Below, piece by piece: positions 17,685-26,969 of a stretch of DNA of 42,085 nucleotides. The DNA is from a virus (taxonomy: Duplodnaviria > Heunggongvirae > Uroviricota > Caudoviricetes): positions 1-42,085 of the IMG/VR virus record IMGVR_UViG_3300037421_000080. One strand, written 5' to 3'. Position 1 is the stretch's first letter, and each line of letters starts with the position of its first letter. The position numbers were made by a program, and so were the translations under genes. The notes beneath the pieces were generated by a model, which was not told where the DNA came from, made no database searches, and was given only the letters and a program-made list of their open reading frames with translations.

Positions 17685-18188
17685 ATGTCGATTCCAGTTA
17701 CGAAGCCATGTCAGATCCAGTACAGCCCCCGATCCTCTGGTGACATCCAGACAGGGGAAATCCAGCATGTCCGTGGTGGTGGTCGTCTAGCGTCCATCTA
17801 CTCCGGCATCCTGGCTGGTGCCAGCCTTGCCTCGGCTCCCGGTGCCGTAGCCCTTGGACCTGGCGTCTACTTCTACTCCGGAGCTGGCCGCCTCAACACG
17901 GTCACGACGATGGTGGGCCTGACCTCTGGGGTGGGCATCAACTTCTTCGACTCGGCCACAGTCGCCTCGGGCATGGTGAACGCTAGTGGGCACAAGTTCC
18001 TGTGGCGTCTCCCAGCCATTGGCGAGTTCCCGGGCAACACAACCAACTCAGGAGCCTTGACTCCGGTCGCTGTATACAACGTGGACGCTCCATTCCAAAG
18101 CGGTCTCGCGGTTGGCGCCTGGAGCGGATGTCCAGGGTTTTCTGTTAGCTGGACGCCAGAAGTTAATAGCAATTGGCCAAATAATTGA
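17685..18188 (+). CDS. Ser-Gly-rich hypothetical protein, possibly a virion protein
   Basis: AGGAG RBS supports ATG 17685 rather than the ORF-track start at 17526; beta-rich, small-residue composition. Confidence 0.65.
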   Translation: MSIPVTKPCQIQYSPRSSGDIQTGEIQHVRGGGRLASIYSGILAGASLASAPGAVALGPGVYFYSGAGRLNTVTTMVGLTSGVGINFFDSATVASGMVNASGHKFLWRLPAIGEFPGNTTNSGALTPVAVYNVDAPFQSGLAVGAWSGCPGFSVSWTPEVNSNWPNN

Positions 18189-18196
18189 CGTGAGAC

Positions 18197-18234
18197 AAGG
18201 GGGAGTGGAATAAACTACCACTCCCCCTTATTTT
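18197..18234. terminator. Probable bidirectional intrinsic terminator
   Basis: 12-bp perfect stem AAGGGGGAGTGG / CCACTCCCCCTT between convergent genes, followed by ATTTT. Confidence 0.75.
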
Positions 18235-18857
18235 ACATGGCTCCAAGCCCCGCCTTTTATAACGTTCCAAGATCCCGTTACTCCCAATTCTTTATCTATG
18301 TGGCTGATGTAATTATATTTACCAGACGCCCACATTCTACGGATTGCGCGGACTTGATCGTCGGTTAATTTAGCGTTTGGGTTTTTTACCCCTTGGACTT
18401 TCTTGGAATTGGTTCGGCCGGTTCTCTTTTTATCGGCCATGTTATCAGCGTTCGTTCCCCATCGCAGATTTAGAACGTCATTGTTTATGGGGTCGTCATC
18501 CCAGTGGAGACCACACGATTCGGGCGTTGGCTTTGGGCCGATGAATGACAATAGTACCACATGATGTATTAAAATTCCTCTTGGCGGGTATTTAGGTCCT
18601 TGTTCCTGATGAGGGTTCAGAGTTAGGTACTTACTTCTCCTTTTGAAAGTCATCTTCTGCCATTTTTCACCAAGATGGTATTTCGTTCCAGCTCCATTAC
18701 CTTTTCCCCTTTTCCCTCTGAACCATTTTGTCCATACAGATCCATCCCAGCCAACACGGTATCCAGGCATGTTGAGAAAACCCAACATTCGGTAGACTAT
18801 GTTGTTTTCGAGATCGTAGCGAAAAGCGAGACAGCCTTTACTATAATAACTGGACAT
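18228..18857 (-). CDS. Free-standing HNH homing endonuclease (NUMOD4/HNH_3-like)
   Basis: IHHVVLLSFIGPKP...LHWDDDPINNDVLNLRWGT..DN and NPNAKLTDDQVRAIR; AT-rich and inverted relative to neighbours. Confidence 0.88.
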   Translation of the reverse strand: MSSYYSKGCLAFRYDLENNIVYRMLGFLNMPGYRVGWDGSVWTKWFRGKRGKGNGAGTKYHLGEKWQKMTFKRRSKYLTLNPHQEQGPKYPPRGILIHHVVLLSFIGPKPTPESCGLHWDDDPINNDVLNLRWGTNADNMADKKRTGRTNSKKVQGVKNPNAKLTDDQVRAIRRMWASGKYNYISHIDKELGVTGSWNVIKGGAWSHVK

Positions 18858-19067
18858 GACTTTGGTCCTCCTGGAACCAAGGTTGTGTAGGGAAGGGGCC
18901 GCGACGAACGGCCTTCTTCCCGTATTGTAGCAACCTCTAGGAATAAAGTAAACTTGAATACGATGAACGATCTAAGGACCGTCGTTGGTTTCCTTTCACC
19001 AGCCGCATCAGTCCCCTATCGGAACAGTAGATGGGCTGATGCGGTTGTTCTATTTCAGGGATAGCCG

Positions 19068-20981
19068 ATGCCTGAACTGACTCTTGAGAGCCTCCCTTCT
19101 GCTGATCTGATTCGACCGGTCTACGAGAAGTCCCTCCCCTCCGCTGACTCCATTCGCTTTGCTTGCCCGGTCTGCGGTAGTGGCAGAGTGAGATCGGACG
19201 ACAAGTCCATCTGGTGTGGGGAGGGGCCGTGCCAATGGCATTCTGAAAAGTCGTTGTCCTTGGTTGGAACTATTCCCGACCACGTCCTCCGCTCCGAGAT
19301 AGAGCGGGCCGCCACCGAGACGGACACGAACCCATCCCCGGAGCAGAAGGAGAGCGGGAAATATGCCAAGGGGAAGTTCCAGATTCGTAATCTTACAGTC
19401 GCTATTGAAAATCCGAAAGGGAGTACAAGAAGCGGGGTTGACAAGTTCGGAAATCCGTGGTCGATCCAGATGCAGAGCCACTACGGGTACATCATAAAAG
19501 TGGAAGGCCAGAAAAGCCTTCAGTACGAAACTAAGGGTATGAAGGAAGGCACATGCGGAGTTGGGGAGCGAAGCGATCTGACCGGCTGCACTCCGGCTAG
19601 CGGGGAGATCAGCGCTAAGAAGGAAGGGGAACAGGAAGAAGAGGCAGAGCAGAAGGATAAGAAGGGAGAAAGCACTCCTCCAATAAAACAGACCATGTCG
19701 GACGAGGAGGTGATCCATGATTCCTGGATGGACTCCTTCCGGATGAGCGTGACTGCTTACAGCAATGACAAGGACAGGAGGTTGGGTGAAGCTCCTATAG
19801 GCGACTTGCTGAGAGCTTTGGATATGAAAGCTGAAGGCAAGCTCCCAAGCATCAAGTTCACGGACAAGTACAAGAAGGTGGAGGACATTCGATTTGACTC
19901 CCAGGGGAATTCCCTCCCCTATGAAAAATCTGGACTACGGACATTAGGCATCGACTACAAAACAATGTCGAACAAGGAGCTGTACGAAGCACTGCAAAAG
20001 AACGGACTGATAGAAGAGTACCCGAGCGAGGAAGGGTCGTCGTTTCATGTTATTGGAATAGACGCTAATGTGGTCCTGAAGAAGGCTACCCCAGAGGAGA
20101 GGTCGAAACTGATTCCCTACTTCGCAAAGCAATTAGCCAAGTACGATGGTAAGGACGGCGCTAGAAGCTATATCTTATCGCTAGGATCCTACGGTGGCGC
20201 CAGCTTGACGCCCGATGAGAAAAAGGTGTGGGCGGACAGCATTGAGGATGAGGCTGGCGGTGCACCACTAAAGACCAAGTTTGATGAAGATGACGGAAAA
20301 GATGGTATCGACTACGATTCATCCCTAACGGTTGCTAGGATCGGTGCCTGGGCTCACACAAGAAATTACGATGCGTTTCTGAGCGGGATGGCAGGCAGCT
20401 GGTCAACTACTGGTAGCGGAGTCGATGCTCAGAGAGTTATGAATTCAGTAGCATCCGTTGACGTTCCTCAGAACCAGGGCAAGAGCTTTTGGTCCAAGTT
20501 CATAGGGGGCCAGCAGGAGGGGGCGGAAGCCCCCGTAAGCTTCGACAAGGAGAGGGTGAGCCAGCATCTACTGAAGCTAAAAAAGTCCACCGAGGATTTC
20601 TACAAGAAGAAGTTCGGCAAGAAGAAGGCAGACAGTTTTGACTTATCGACTAAGGAGCTAGTAGCTGTCCGGGGGGTCGGTGGCAAGATTGCTGCATATC
20701 TACCCTCTCCAGTCGAGTCGTGGTCAGCGGACAAGTCCACAGCAAATAGGTTTGGGAAGCAGATGGCCAAGAAGGAAGGGGAGTTCTACAGCTCAGGCCC
20801 AAAATACTTCACAGTTCTTCGGACCAAAGTGACTTACGCTGATGTGCTTTTCAGCTACGAAACAATGAAGGATGTCCCCGGCTGGCCCGTCGAGAAGCGA
20901 TTGAAAGGCAAGAAGGAGTTCGTGCTCTTCGGCGGCTCCTTGCAAAATACAGAAGCGGAGGTTTTCCATGTCTCTCGTTAA
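19068..20981 (+). CDS. Polyvalent protein 1: N-half of InPase-like domain + unknown domain + C-terminal ADP-ribosyltransferase-like domain
   Basis: PSPEQKESGKYAKG..IENPKGSTRSG..W..HYGYI is the InPase N-half. AVRG..ESWSADKSTANRF..KEFVL gives an R-S-E ART layout. Confidence 0.7.
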   Translation: MPELTLESLPSADLIRPVYEKSLPSADSIRFACPVCGSGRVRSDDKSIWCGEGPCQWHSEKSLSLVGTIPDHVLRSEIERAATETDTNPSPEQKESGKYAKGKFQIRNLTVAIENPKGSTRSGVDKFGNPWSIQMQSHYGYIIKVEGQKSLQYETKGMKEGTCGVGERSDLTGCTPASGEISAKKEGEQEEEAEQKDKKGESTPPIKQTMSDEEVIHDSWMDSFRMSVTAYSNDKDRRLGEAPIGDLLRALDMKAEGKLPSIKFTDKYKKVEDIRFDSQGNSLPYEKSGLRTLGIDYKTMSNKELYEALQKNGLIEEYPSEEGSSFHVIGIDANVVLKKATPEERSKLIPYFAKQLAKYDGKDGARSYILSLGSYGGASLTPDEKKVWADSIEDEAGGAPLKTKFDEDDGKDGIDYDSSLTVARIGAWAHTRNYDAFLSGMAGSWSTTGSGVDAQRVMNSVASVDVPQNQGKSFWSKFIGGQQEGAEAPVSFDKERVSQHLLKLKKSTEDFYKKKFGKKKADSFDLSTKELVAVRGVGGKIAAYLPSPVESWSADKSTANRFGKQMAKKEGEFYSSGPKYFTVLRTKVTYADVLFSYETMKDVPGWPVEKRLKGKKEFVLFGGSLQNTEAEVFHVSR

Positions 20982-21183
20982 GATCATCTATCCCGAGACC
21001 GAAGAAGAGAAAGAAGAGGCGACCCAACTTTACGAGTCAGGTAAGGCAGCTTCTGGGGAGGACATCCAGCAGGGGGAGGAAGATGCTGTTGATGAGGCGC
21101 CGAAGGAGGAGACAGAAGAGCTAAAGCCCACTCCTCCGAAGATCGGCCCCTCCCCCTTTGCCAATCGGAGCAAGCCAGAATGA
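20968..21183 (+). CDS. Small acidic protein ending in the PKIGPSPF linker
   Basis: Overlaps the ART ORF end; very Glu-rich; ATGA-coupled to the next ORF. Confidence 0.65.
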   Translation: MSLVKIIYPETEEEKEEATQLYESGKAASGEDIQQGEEDAVDEAPKEETEELKPTPPKIGPSPFANRSKPE

Positions 21184-24100
21184 TCGGGCCCAAGTTCAAG
21201 CCTAAAGGCAATGATGGGGACATGGTAGACGTTTTCATCGGCCCCCACCCCGAGTCCGATCTCGTCTTTATCGTGGACCAGATCGACCCCAACACCAACC
21301 AGTTCGACGAGCACAAAGTCCTCATCGGCTGGGAGAACGAGCAGACCGCCAGGGCCGGCTACCTCGCCAACTATGACATCGACTGGAAGGGCTTCGGTGG
21401 CATCACGGCGATGGGGTGGGACGAGTTCACGGAATGGCTCAAGACGGGGACGGGAGATCCAGCAGTGGAAGAGAAGCCCCCTATCATGCCTTCTGTGGTT
21501 GACTTCCACCCCCCCGATCCGATGACCGGAGAACCACAGGAGAAATCCTTGAAAGGTAAATTCCACAAGCCCGAGAACTACGATAGGATCAGAGACCTTC
21601 CAGATGGCAGAGAGTTCTGGGCAGGGGCGAACGATTGGGAGTGCGGCTGGTCCAGGGCTTGGATTCAGGGCAAGGGCCAGAAGGTCGGGTACGGGCATGC
21701 TCCTCCCGAGAAGTGGATCGAGATAGACCACAGCAAATGTCCCGGATGCAAAGGAGAGAACAGCACAGGGGAAGTGAAGAAAGAAGACGAACAAGCGTGC
21801 ATCAGCTTTGCCAAGGAGCAAGCGGAGCAATGGCTCAAGTCCCAGACCGAGAAAGCCATGTCCGCCCTCTCCGAGACCTCCGGCGGTGCCCTGGTCCCTC
21901 CCGCCCAGCAAGGACCTCTGATCAAGATGAAGAGGAACAGAGGATTCATAGCGGACGCGAAGGGGCTGATGGCGGTGCGGAGGAAGTATCACGTATCTCC
22001 GGAGCATCGGCGTCTGTGTGAGAGCCAAGGGAAGCCGAACGGAACAACTGCTGATGGGACCGGATACGGAGATGGCGGGAGCACGCCCTATAACAAAAGC
22101 ACCTGCACCCCCGGTCACAATCCCGAGCGGGATGGCTGCTCGAAAGAGACGGACGAGGAGTGGAACGCCAGAATGGATCGAGAGGAGAAGGAGCAGAAGA
22201 AAAGAGATGAGCAGGCCCGTCGGGACCAGGGGCCAAGGCGCAGGGTGCAACACGGCACGTGGAGACAGACAGAGCCTCAGCTCGGTGCAATGAATCGGCA
22301 TACTCAGTATGGTGATGAGAAGTCTATCTCCGAGGGTATACAGTCCGTTGCTTCTTTCTTGGCACGCAGATGGGCTGCACTAGAAGAACGTTACGGCCGA
22401 CGTGCTGCACTTACGATGGCGGTCGCCTCCGTCGTCAGCTTCCCCGTGCCGTTCAACATCACGGCCATCGTCGCTGCCGCAGAGGCAATCCGGGGTGTCT
22501 CCGGCTACTTCTCCAAATCTTTCTCGAACTCTTACCTCGGCAGCATCAAGCCTAGGGTGCAGGTGTCGGAGTCACTCCTGTACCGGACGAAGAAGAAGTC
22601 TCTTTCCACCGTCAAGGAGCTATCCACCGGCCCCAAGAGCCACGAGGGGGAGGCGTGCGAGTCTGGGTGGTCCGCCTCCCGGACGGGCTGCATCCCCGCC
22701 AAGCAGGGGTCCTCTGCAAAGCGTCCTAGCGTCCCTCAGAGCCCGTTCAAGGCTAGAAACGGGAATAATCCTCCTAAACAGGTCCAGACGCGTTCTGGCA
22801 CGCCCCAGGAGCCTTCTAAGGACTACGACGATGCCATGGATCGCTGGTTGAAGCCGGAGGAGCGTTCCTCCTGGCAGGAATCCGGCGATACGCCGTTCAA
22901 AGTGACCGATAAGAACGGCAAGGTGGTCGGCTACACGCTGGATGAGAACTTCGCCGAGAAGATGGCGAAGAAGCACAGGGGGAAGTATGATTTCGACGAG
23001 GAGAAGACCCCCAAGACCCCGGAGACCAGGCACGAGCACGCCCAGGAAGGCCCACAAGCCCCTGCGAAGCCGAAAACCGACTACGCTCCTCCCCCCGAGG
23101 GAGAACGTCTCACGGAGCCACCCTGTTGTTTGTATGACCCCGACCCGAACCCCAGGCCGGGCGAGGTAGCGAAGTACAGCCGGGTAGGCGTGCCGGCAGA
23201 CCAAAGTCCGCCCCCTCCGCGTGAAATACCCAGATTGCCCAACTTGACTGAGAAGGAGCGGAAGGCGGAGACGGACTTCGCGGAGGCATATCTGGCGGAC
23301 CCGGACGGGGTGGTGGAAGAATTGAACAAGCGGCGGAACAAGGTGGTAGGCAAGGACGAGAACGGGAATCCAAAGTACCAGATCGGAGATGGGCCGAATG
23401 TCTTCTCGACCGACGATGCCAAGGTGCTGAGCCCTGACTACAACCCACAGGGAGTGAGTGAGGATGAGAACAAGAACGCACGTGGGACGTTCAATACACC
23501 GTTGCACCAGACGGCGAATGCTATAGCCAAGCGAGCCTTCTTGAGTTATCTTGATACTCTCCCGGAGGACAAGAAGACCGTTCTTGTGACTGCCGGTGGT
23601 TGTGCGAGTGGAAAGTCTTTTGCGTGTTCCAAAGTCGCGAAGGTTTCCAATCTGGTGAAGTCCGTCGGGGCCGTCTGGGATGCTGCCGGGGAGGCAAATT
23701 CCACCGAAAATTCCTGGATCCTCGACGAGTGCAAGAAGCGGGATATCGTTCCCACGTTCGTGTTCGTGAACGCCAATCCCAATGAGACGTGGGAGAACCC
23801 GAAGCGTGGCGTTGTACAGCGGGCCAACGTGCAGGGTCGGATGGTTGATCACACTCTTTTTAGCGAAAGTTACAGCCTCGGTGCGAAGAACTTCGACGCC
23901 TTCCACAAGGCCCACAAGGACGATGCTGAGTTCTTCATCCTGGACAACAGCGGGCCGGAGACGAAGATCCTCGACCACGTTCCTGAGAGCGCCTTGAATG
24001 TGGATGGAGATGAATTGAAGCGAAGAACTATCAAAGTGCTTCAAGAGCGTAAGGCTGATCTCCGTCCAGGAGTGGTTCGTGGTGGGTCCGTCGGCGAGAG

Positions 24101-24764
24101 AATCTGGGGTAGACCGGGAACGGAAGGCCAAAAGTCGATATTCAGCTATCAGACAAAGGCGATGAAAAAGGGAACTTGCAAGGTAGGCCAGAACCCGAAG
24201 CGAGACCACTGCTCCAAGGCAGGAGAAGAGTTCATCTCCGAGATGGGCAAGATACAAGAGGCAGTGGACAAGAAGAAGCAGAGTGGTGACGAACCCACTT
24301 CCGACGTCGCCAGTGACATGGACAAGATGTTGAAACAGGGAATCGGCATAGGTGGGGATGTATACAACAATGATCCGAAGGCGAAATACCACACTCCCAT
24401 CGAGTACGTCTTGGCGGAAGGGCAGAAGTTCACAGGATCACCACTCCCTCCTGATATATCGCTGGGGACGGTGAAGGAATGCTTCCGCAACGCGACTTTG
24501 CTAGTGATCGAGAACCCCGGTTGGAAGTATGCCGAAGGCTTTGCTATGCCCCCCAATCTGCTCCCTGTCCTTCATGGATGGTGCGTTACACCGGAAGGGA
24601 AAGTAATAGACAACACCTTTCGAGACCCCGAGAAGTGCGCCTATCACGGCGTGGTATACGACCGGGATAAGTTCATCAAGCACATGTACAAGGCTAAATT
24701 CTACGGGCTGCTCGGCGGCAGAAATAAAGACGCCGTGCAGATCCTGGCAAGAGGTGGGTTATGA
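21180..24764 (+). CDS. Polyvalent protein 2: C-half of InPase-like domain, capsid-arm-like segment, zeta-like P-loop domain, Cys-His-Asp (transglutaminase/papain-like) domain
   Basis: GNDGDMVDVFIGP..DQ..FDEHKVLIG..YLANY..W; TAGGCASGKS..VWDAAG; ECFRNA..YAEG..LHGW..VIDNT. Confidence 0.72.
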   Translation: MIGPKFKPKGNDGDMVDVFIGPHPESDLVFIVDQIDPNTNQFDEHKVLIGWENEQTARAGYLANYDIDWKGFGGITAMGWDEFTEWLKTGTGDPAVEEKPPIMPSVVDFHPPDPMTGEPQEKSLKGKFHKPENYDRIRDLPDGREFWAGANDWECGWSRAWIQGKGQKVGYGHAPPEKWIEIDHSKCPGCKGENSTGEVKKEDEQACISFAKEQAEQWLKSQTEKAMSALSETSGGALVPPAQQGPLIKMKRNRGFIADAKGLMAVRRKYHVSPEHRRLCESQGKPNGTTADGTGYGDGGSTPYNKSTCTPGHNPERDGCSKETDEEWNARMDREEKEQKKRDEQARRDQGPRRRVQHGTWRQTEPQLGAMNRHTQYGDEKSISEGIQSVASFLARRWAALEERYGRRAALTMAVASVVSFPVPFNITAIVAAAEAIRGVSGYFSKSFSNSYLGSIKPRVQVSESLLYRTKKKSLSTVKELSTGPKSHEGEACESGWSASRTGCIPAKQGSSAKRPSVPQSPFKARNGNNPPKQVQTRSGTPQEPSKDYDDAMDRWLKPEERSSWQESGDTPFKVTDKNGKVVGYTLDENFAEKMAKKHRGKYDFDEEKTPKTPETRHEHAQEGPQAPAKPKTDYAPPPEGERLTEPPCCLYDPDPNPRPGEVAKYSRVGVPADQSPPPPREIPRLPNLTEKERKAETDFAEAYLADPDGVVEELNKRRNKVVGKDENGNPKYQIGDGPNVFSTDDAKVLSPDYNPQGVSEDENKNARGTFNTPLHQTANAIAKRAFLSYLDTLPEDKKTVLVTAGGCASGKSFACSKVAKVSNLVKSVGAVWDAAGEANSTENSWILDECKKRDIVPTFVFVNANPNETWENPKRGVVQRANVQGRMVDHTLFSESYSLGAKNFDAFHKAHKDDAEFFILDNSGPETKILDHVPESALNVDGDELKRRTIKVLQERKADLRPGVVRGGSVGERIWGRPGTEGQKSIFSYQTKAMKKGTCKVGQNPKRDHCSKAGEEFISEMGKIQEAVDKKKQSGDEPTSDVASDMDKMLKQGIGIGGDVYNNDPKAKYHTPIEYVLAEGQKFTGSPLPPDISLGTVKECFRNATLLVIENPGWKYAEGFAMPPNLLPVLHGWCVTPEGKVIDNTFRDPEKCAYHGVVYDRDKFIKHMYKAKFYGLLGGRNKDAVQILARGGL

Positions 24765-25912
24765 AAAGGGAATCTCCTCCGGAACCGATCCTCGGCATGC
24801 CGATAAGCGGCGAAGACGAGGAGCTTATCCGCCATCTGCTGAAAGGCAGTGTCAGTATTCCCCGAGTCGGGCCTTCCCCTTTCGCCAGGGGCAAGTCCTT
24901 GTCGTACCGAACCAAGGATGTCGGAAGCCATCAAGGCGAGCCCTGCCAACCCGGCTGGACGAAGGAGGGCACCGGCTGCATTCCGGCAAAGAAAGAAACC
25001 GGAGAACAAACCGCCCCTGCGGCAAATAATCAGAGGGGAAGAGCGAATAAACCTGTAGGGAACGGGTCCTTCGTTGGAAAGCAGCGGGTCGAGCCGAAGC
25101 CCCCGCAGACAGAGCGGGAGCAGGCGGCGACCCCAGCGGCCAAGGAGCCAAAGGACACGGAGGAGAAGTACAAGATCAACGGCAAGTGGACGGAGGAGCG
25201 GGTGAGGGCGGTGCACAAGCCCCTGCTGGACAAGATGCGGGAGGGGGTGAAGAAGGCCCCCGACGGCAAGCCCGTCCTCTACATGACCGGCGGCGGCTAC
25301 GGCTCCGGCAAGTCCACCCTGCTCGACATGTTCCCGGAGGTCGCCGGCTTCCCGAAGGACAAGGCCGCCGCGATGCGTGCCGACCCGGACGCCCTGAAGC
25401 AGGGAATCCCCGAGTACCTGGAGAAGGGGGAGAAGCTGGACCCGATGGCGGCCACCTACGTCCACGAGGAGTCCAGCGACATCGCCAAGACGGGGGTGAA
25501 CGGGGGCCTGGCGGACGGCTACAACGTGATCTACGACACCTCCGGGGACACGGACCCAGACAAGCTGGCGGACAAGGTGGCGAAGTTCCGCAAGCAGGGG
25601 GCAACCCGCGTCGAGGCGAACTACGCCTTCTCCGGCTCCATCGACGAGTCGCAGCGGCGGGCGGACTACCGAGCGGAGCACAGCAAGGGGGCGCGGCGGT
25701 ACGTCCCGAGGGCGCTGCTGGAGGCGAACGCCAGGGAGGTCTCCAGGTGCTGGCTGAAGTCCGCCGAGCGGGGCATCTTCGACAAGCTGACCCTCTACAG
25801 TACGGCTGGGAAGTTTGGTGATCCCCCTGTGCTGATCGCCTCTGCGGAAAACGGCAAGATCACCGTACACGACCAGAAACAGTTCGATACGTTCAAGCAG
25901 TTAGGAGAGTGA
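24761..25912 (+). CDS. Polyvalent protein 3: acidic leader + linker + zeta-toxin-family P-loop kinase
   Basis: MTGGGYGSGKST, DPDALK, VHEESS, VIYDTSG and RYVP motifs. Confidence 0.85.
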   Translation: MKRESPPEPILGMPISGEDEELIRHLLKGSVSIPRVGPSPFARGKSLSYRTKDVGSHQGEPCQPGWTKEGTGCIPAKKETGEQTAPAANNQRGRANKPVGNGSFVGKQRVEPKPPQTEREQAATPAAKEPKDTEEKYKINGKWTEERVRAVHKPLLDKMREGVKKAPDGKPVLYMTGGGYGSGKSTLLDMFPEVAGFPKDKAAAMRADPDALKQGIPEYLEKGEKLDPMAATYVHEESSDIAKTGVNGGLADGYNVIYDTSGDTDPDKLADKVAKFRKQGATRVEANYAFSGSIDESQRRADYRAEHSKGARRYVPRALLEANAREVSRCWLKSAERGIFDKLTLYSTAGKFGDPPVLIASAENGKITVHDQKQFDTFKQLGE

Positions 25913-25915
25913 CAG

Positions 25916-26107
25916 ATGGCGAAGTACGACTCGATCACGGGGGAGATGGCAGTAAAGATCACCTGTGACGTGGGGAACGGAGTGGCCCCGGAGGACAGCA
26001 AGATCGACTACGGGCCTGAGGAGCTGGCCTTCCGCAGGGAGGTGGAGGAGCAGTTCGCCGAGTATCGGAAGAAGGATCCGCAGGCGATTTTGGATGTGAG
26101 GGACTAA
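25916..26107 (+). CDS. Small acidic protein downstream of the zeta domain
   Basis: AGGAG RBS; starts 4 nt after the stop. Confidence 0.6.
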   Translation: MAKYDSITGEMAVKITCDVGNGVAPEDSKIDYGPEELAFRREVEEQFAEYRKKDPQAILDVRD

Positions 26108-26252
26108 AAAGCGATAATAGACTATCTGGAAAATGGGCCAGGCGGAAGTCATGAGCCGCTGGTTTGGTCTGGGTCGATCGTTTTAGTAGTTCTCCTTTCT
26201 TGGGCTATGCGATTGACCTAGCCTGCCCCACTAACAAGAAAGGGCCTTCCCC

Positions 26253-26753
26253 ATGATCACGTTAGACTCGTTTTCCGACCAGTCTGATGAAGATGTCGTT
26301 TATCACTTACTATGGCTTCTGAGGAAGCTGACCGCTAGGCTAGTGAAGACCTCAAATTTGAAGAAGGGGACAAAGGAAACCCAAGTTCTTTGGTTGAGGC
26401 AAAGGCTTGGGGTTATGCTGAGGCAAGAAAAGATTGATGCGCAACAAATCCAAGATCAAATCGAGGAATGGCGAGAAAGCCTGTGCAATGCTAAGGAGCA
26501 AGAACGAATTTTGAAATTGAAGGAAAAAGTTAGAGCACGTGATGGCAACAAATGCGTTTGTTGTGGAATGACTGGTGTGGAGCACCAGAAAGCATACGGG
26601 TGCAGATTACACGTTCATCGAATTCTTCCCGGAGCGTGGTATACTATGCGAGGTACGGAAACACGTTGTAGAAAATGCCATTATGGTGTTCATGGGGAGA
26701 TGAGAAGACGAGAACATCTTGCCCGAGTTCGCCACTTTGAGAAAGCTGTTTAA
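26253..26753 (+). CDS. Free-standing HNH endonuclease
   Basis: VRARDGNKCVCCG..LHVHRILPG..TRCRKCH; AT-rich. Confidence 0.8.
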   Translation: MITLDSFSDQSDEDVVYHLLWLLRKLTARLVKTSNLKKGTKETQVLWLRQRLGVMLRQEKIDAQQIQDQIEEWRESLCNAKEQERILKLKEKVRARDGNKCVCCGMTGVEHQKAYGCRLHVHRILPGAWYTMRGTETRCRKCHYGVHGEMRRREHLARVRHFEKAV

Positions 26754-26767
26754 TCTAGGAGCTAACT

Positions 26768-26968
26768 ATGCCCGACATCCCATTCCGAATGAAAGATCTA
26801 GTGGACGCACTCGCTGAGAATCTGCACCCCTCCGACGAGGAGTTGGACGCTTACGATAGGGACCAGTTCGAGAGGGAAAGCCACTGCCCGCCCCTGGATT
26901 ACGGTAAGAAGCAGAAGAAGCCGGAGCCGAAGGTAGGCCCCTCTCCATTCAAGGATCGGGGGAAGTGA
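26768..26968 (+). CDS. Small acidic protein ending in the PKVGPSPF linker
   Basis: AGGAG RBS; shares the linker motif. Confidence 0.65.
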   Translation: MPDIPFRMKDLVDALAENLHPSDEELDAYDRDQFERESHCPPLDYGKKQKKPEPKVGPSPFKDRGK

Positions 26969-26969
26969 A

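Noticed and set aside
16388-19067. tRNA genes in the intergenic stretches
   Set aside because: No convincing cloverleaf with a T-loop (GTTCRA) and acceptor stem was found by eye; tRNAscan-SE or ARAGORN would settle it.
22350-22520. Hydrophobic segment as a pore-forming toxin module
   Set aside because: It is only a short hydrophobic stretch with a central Pro; there is not enough to assign a function.
21030-25870. Long minus-strand ORFs (21030-22301, 22620-24392, 24701-25870)
   Set aside because: They are antisense shadows of motif-bearing + strand genes in GC-rich sequence and have no motifs of their own.
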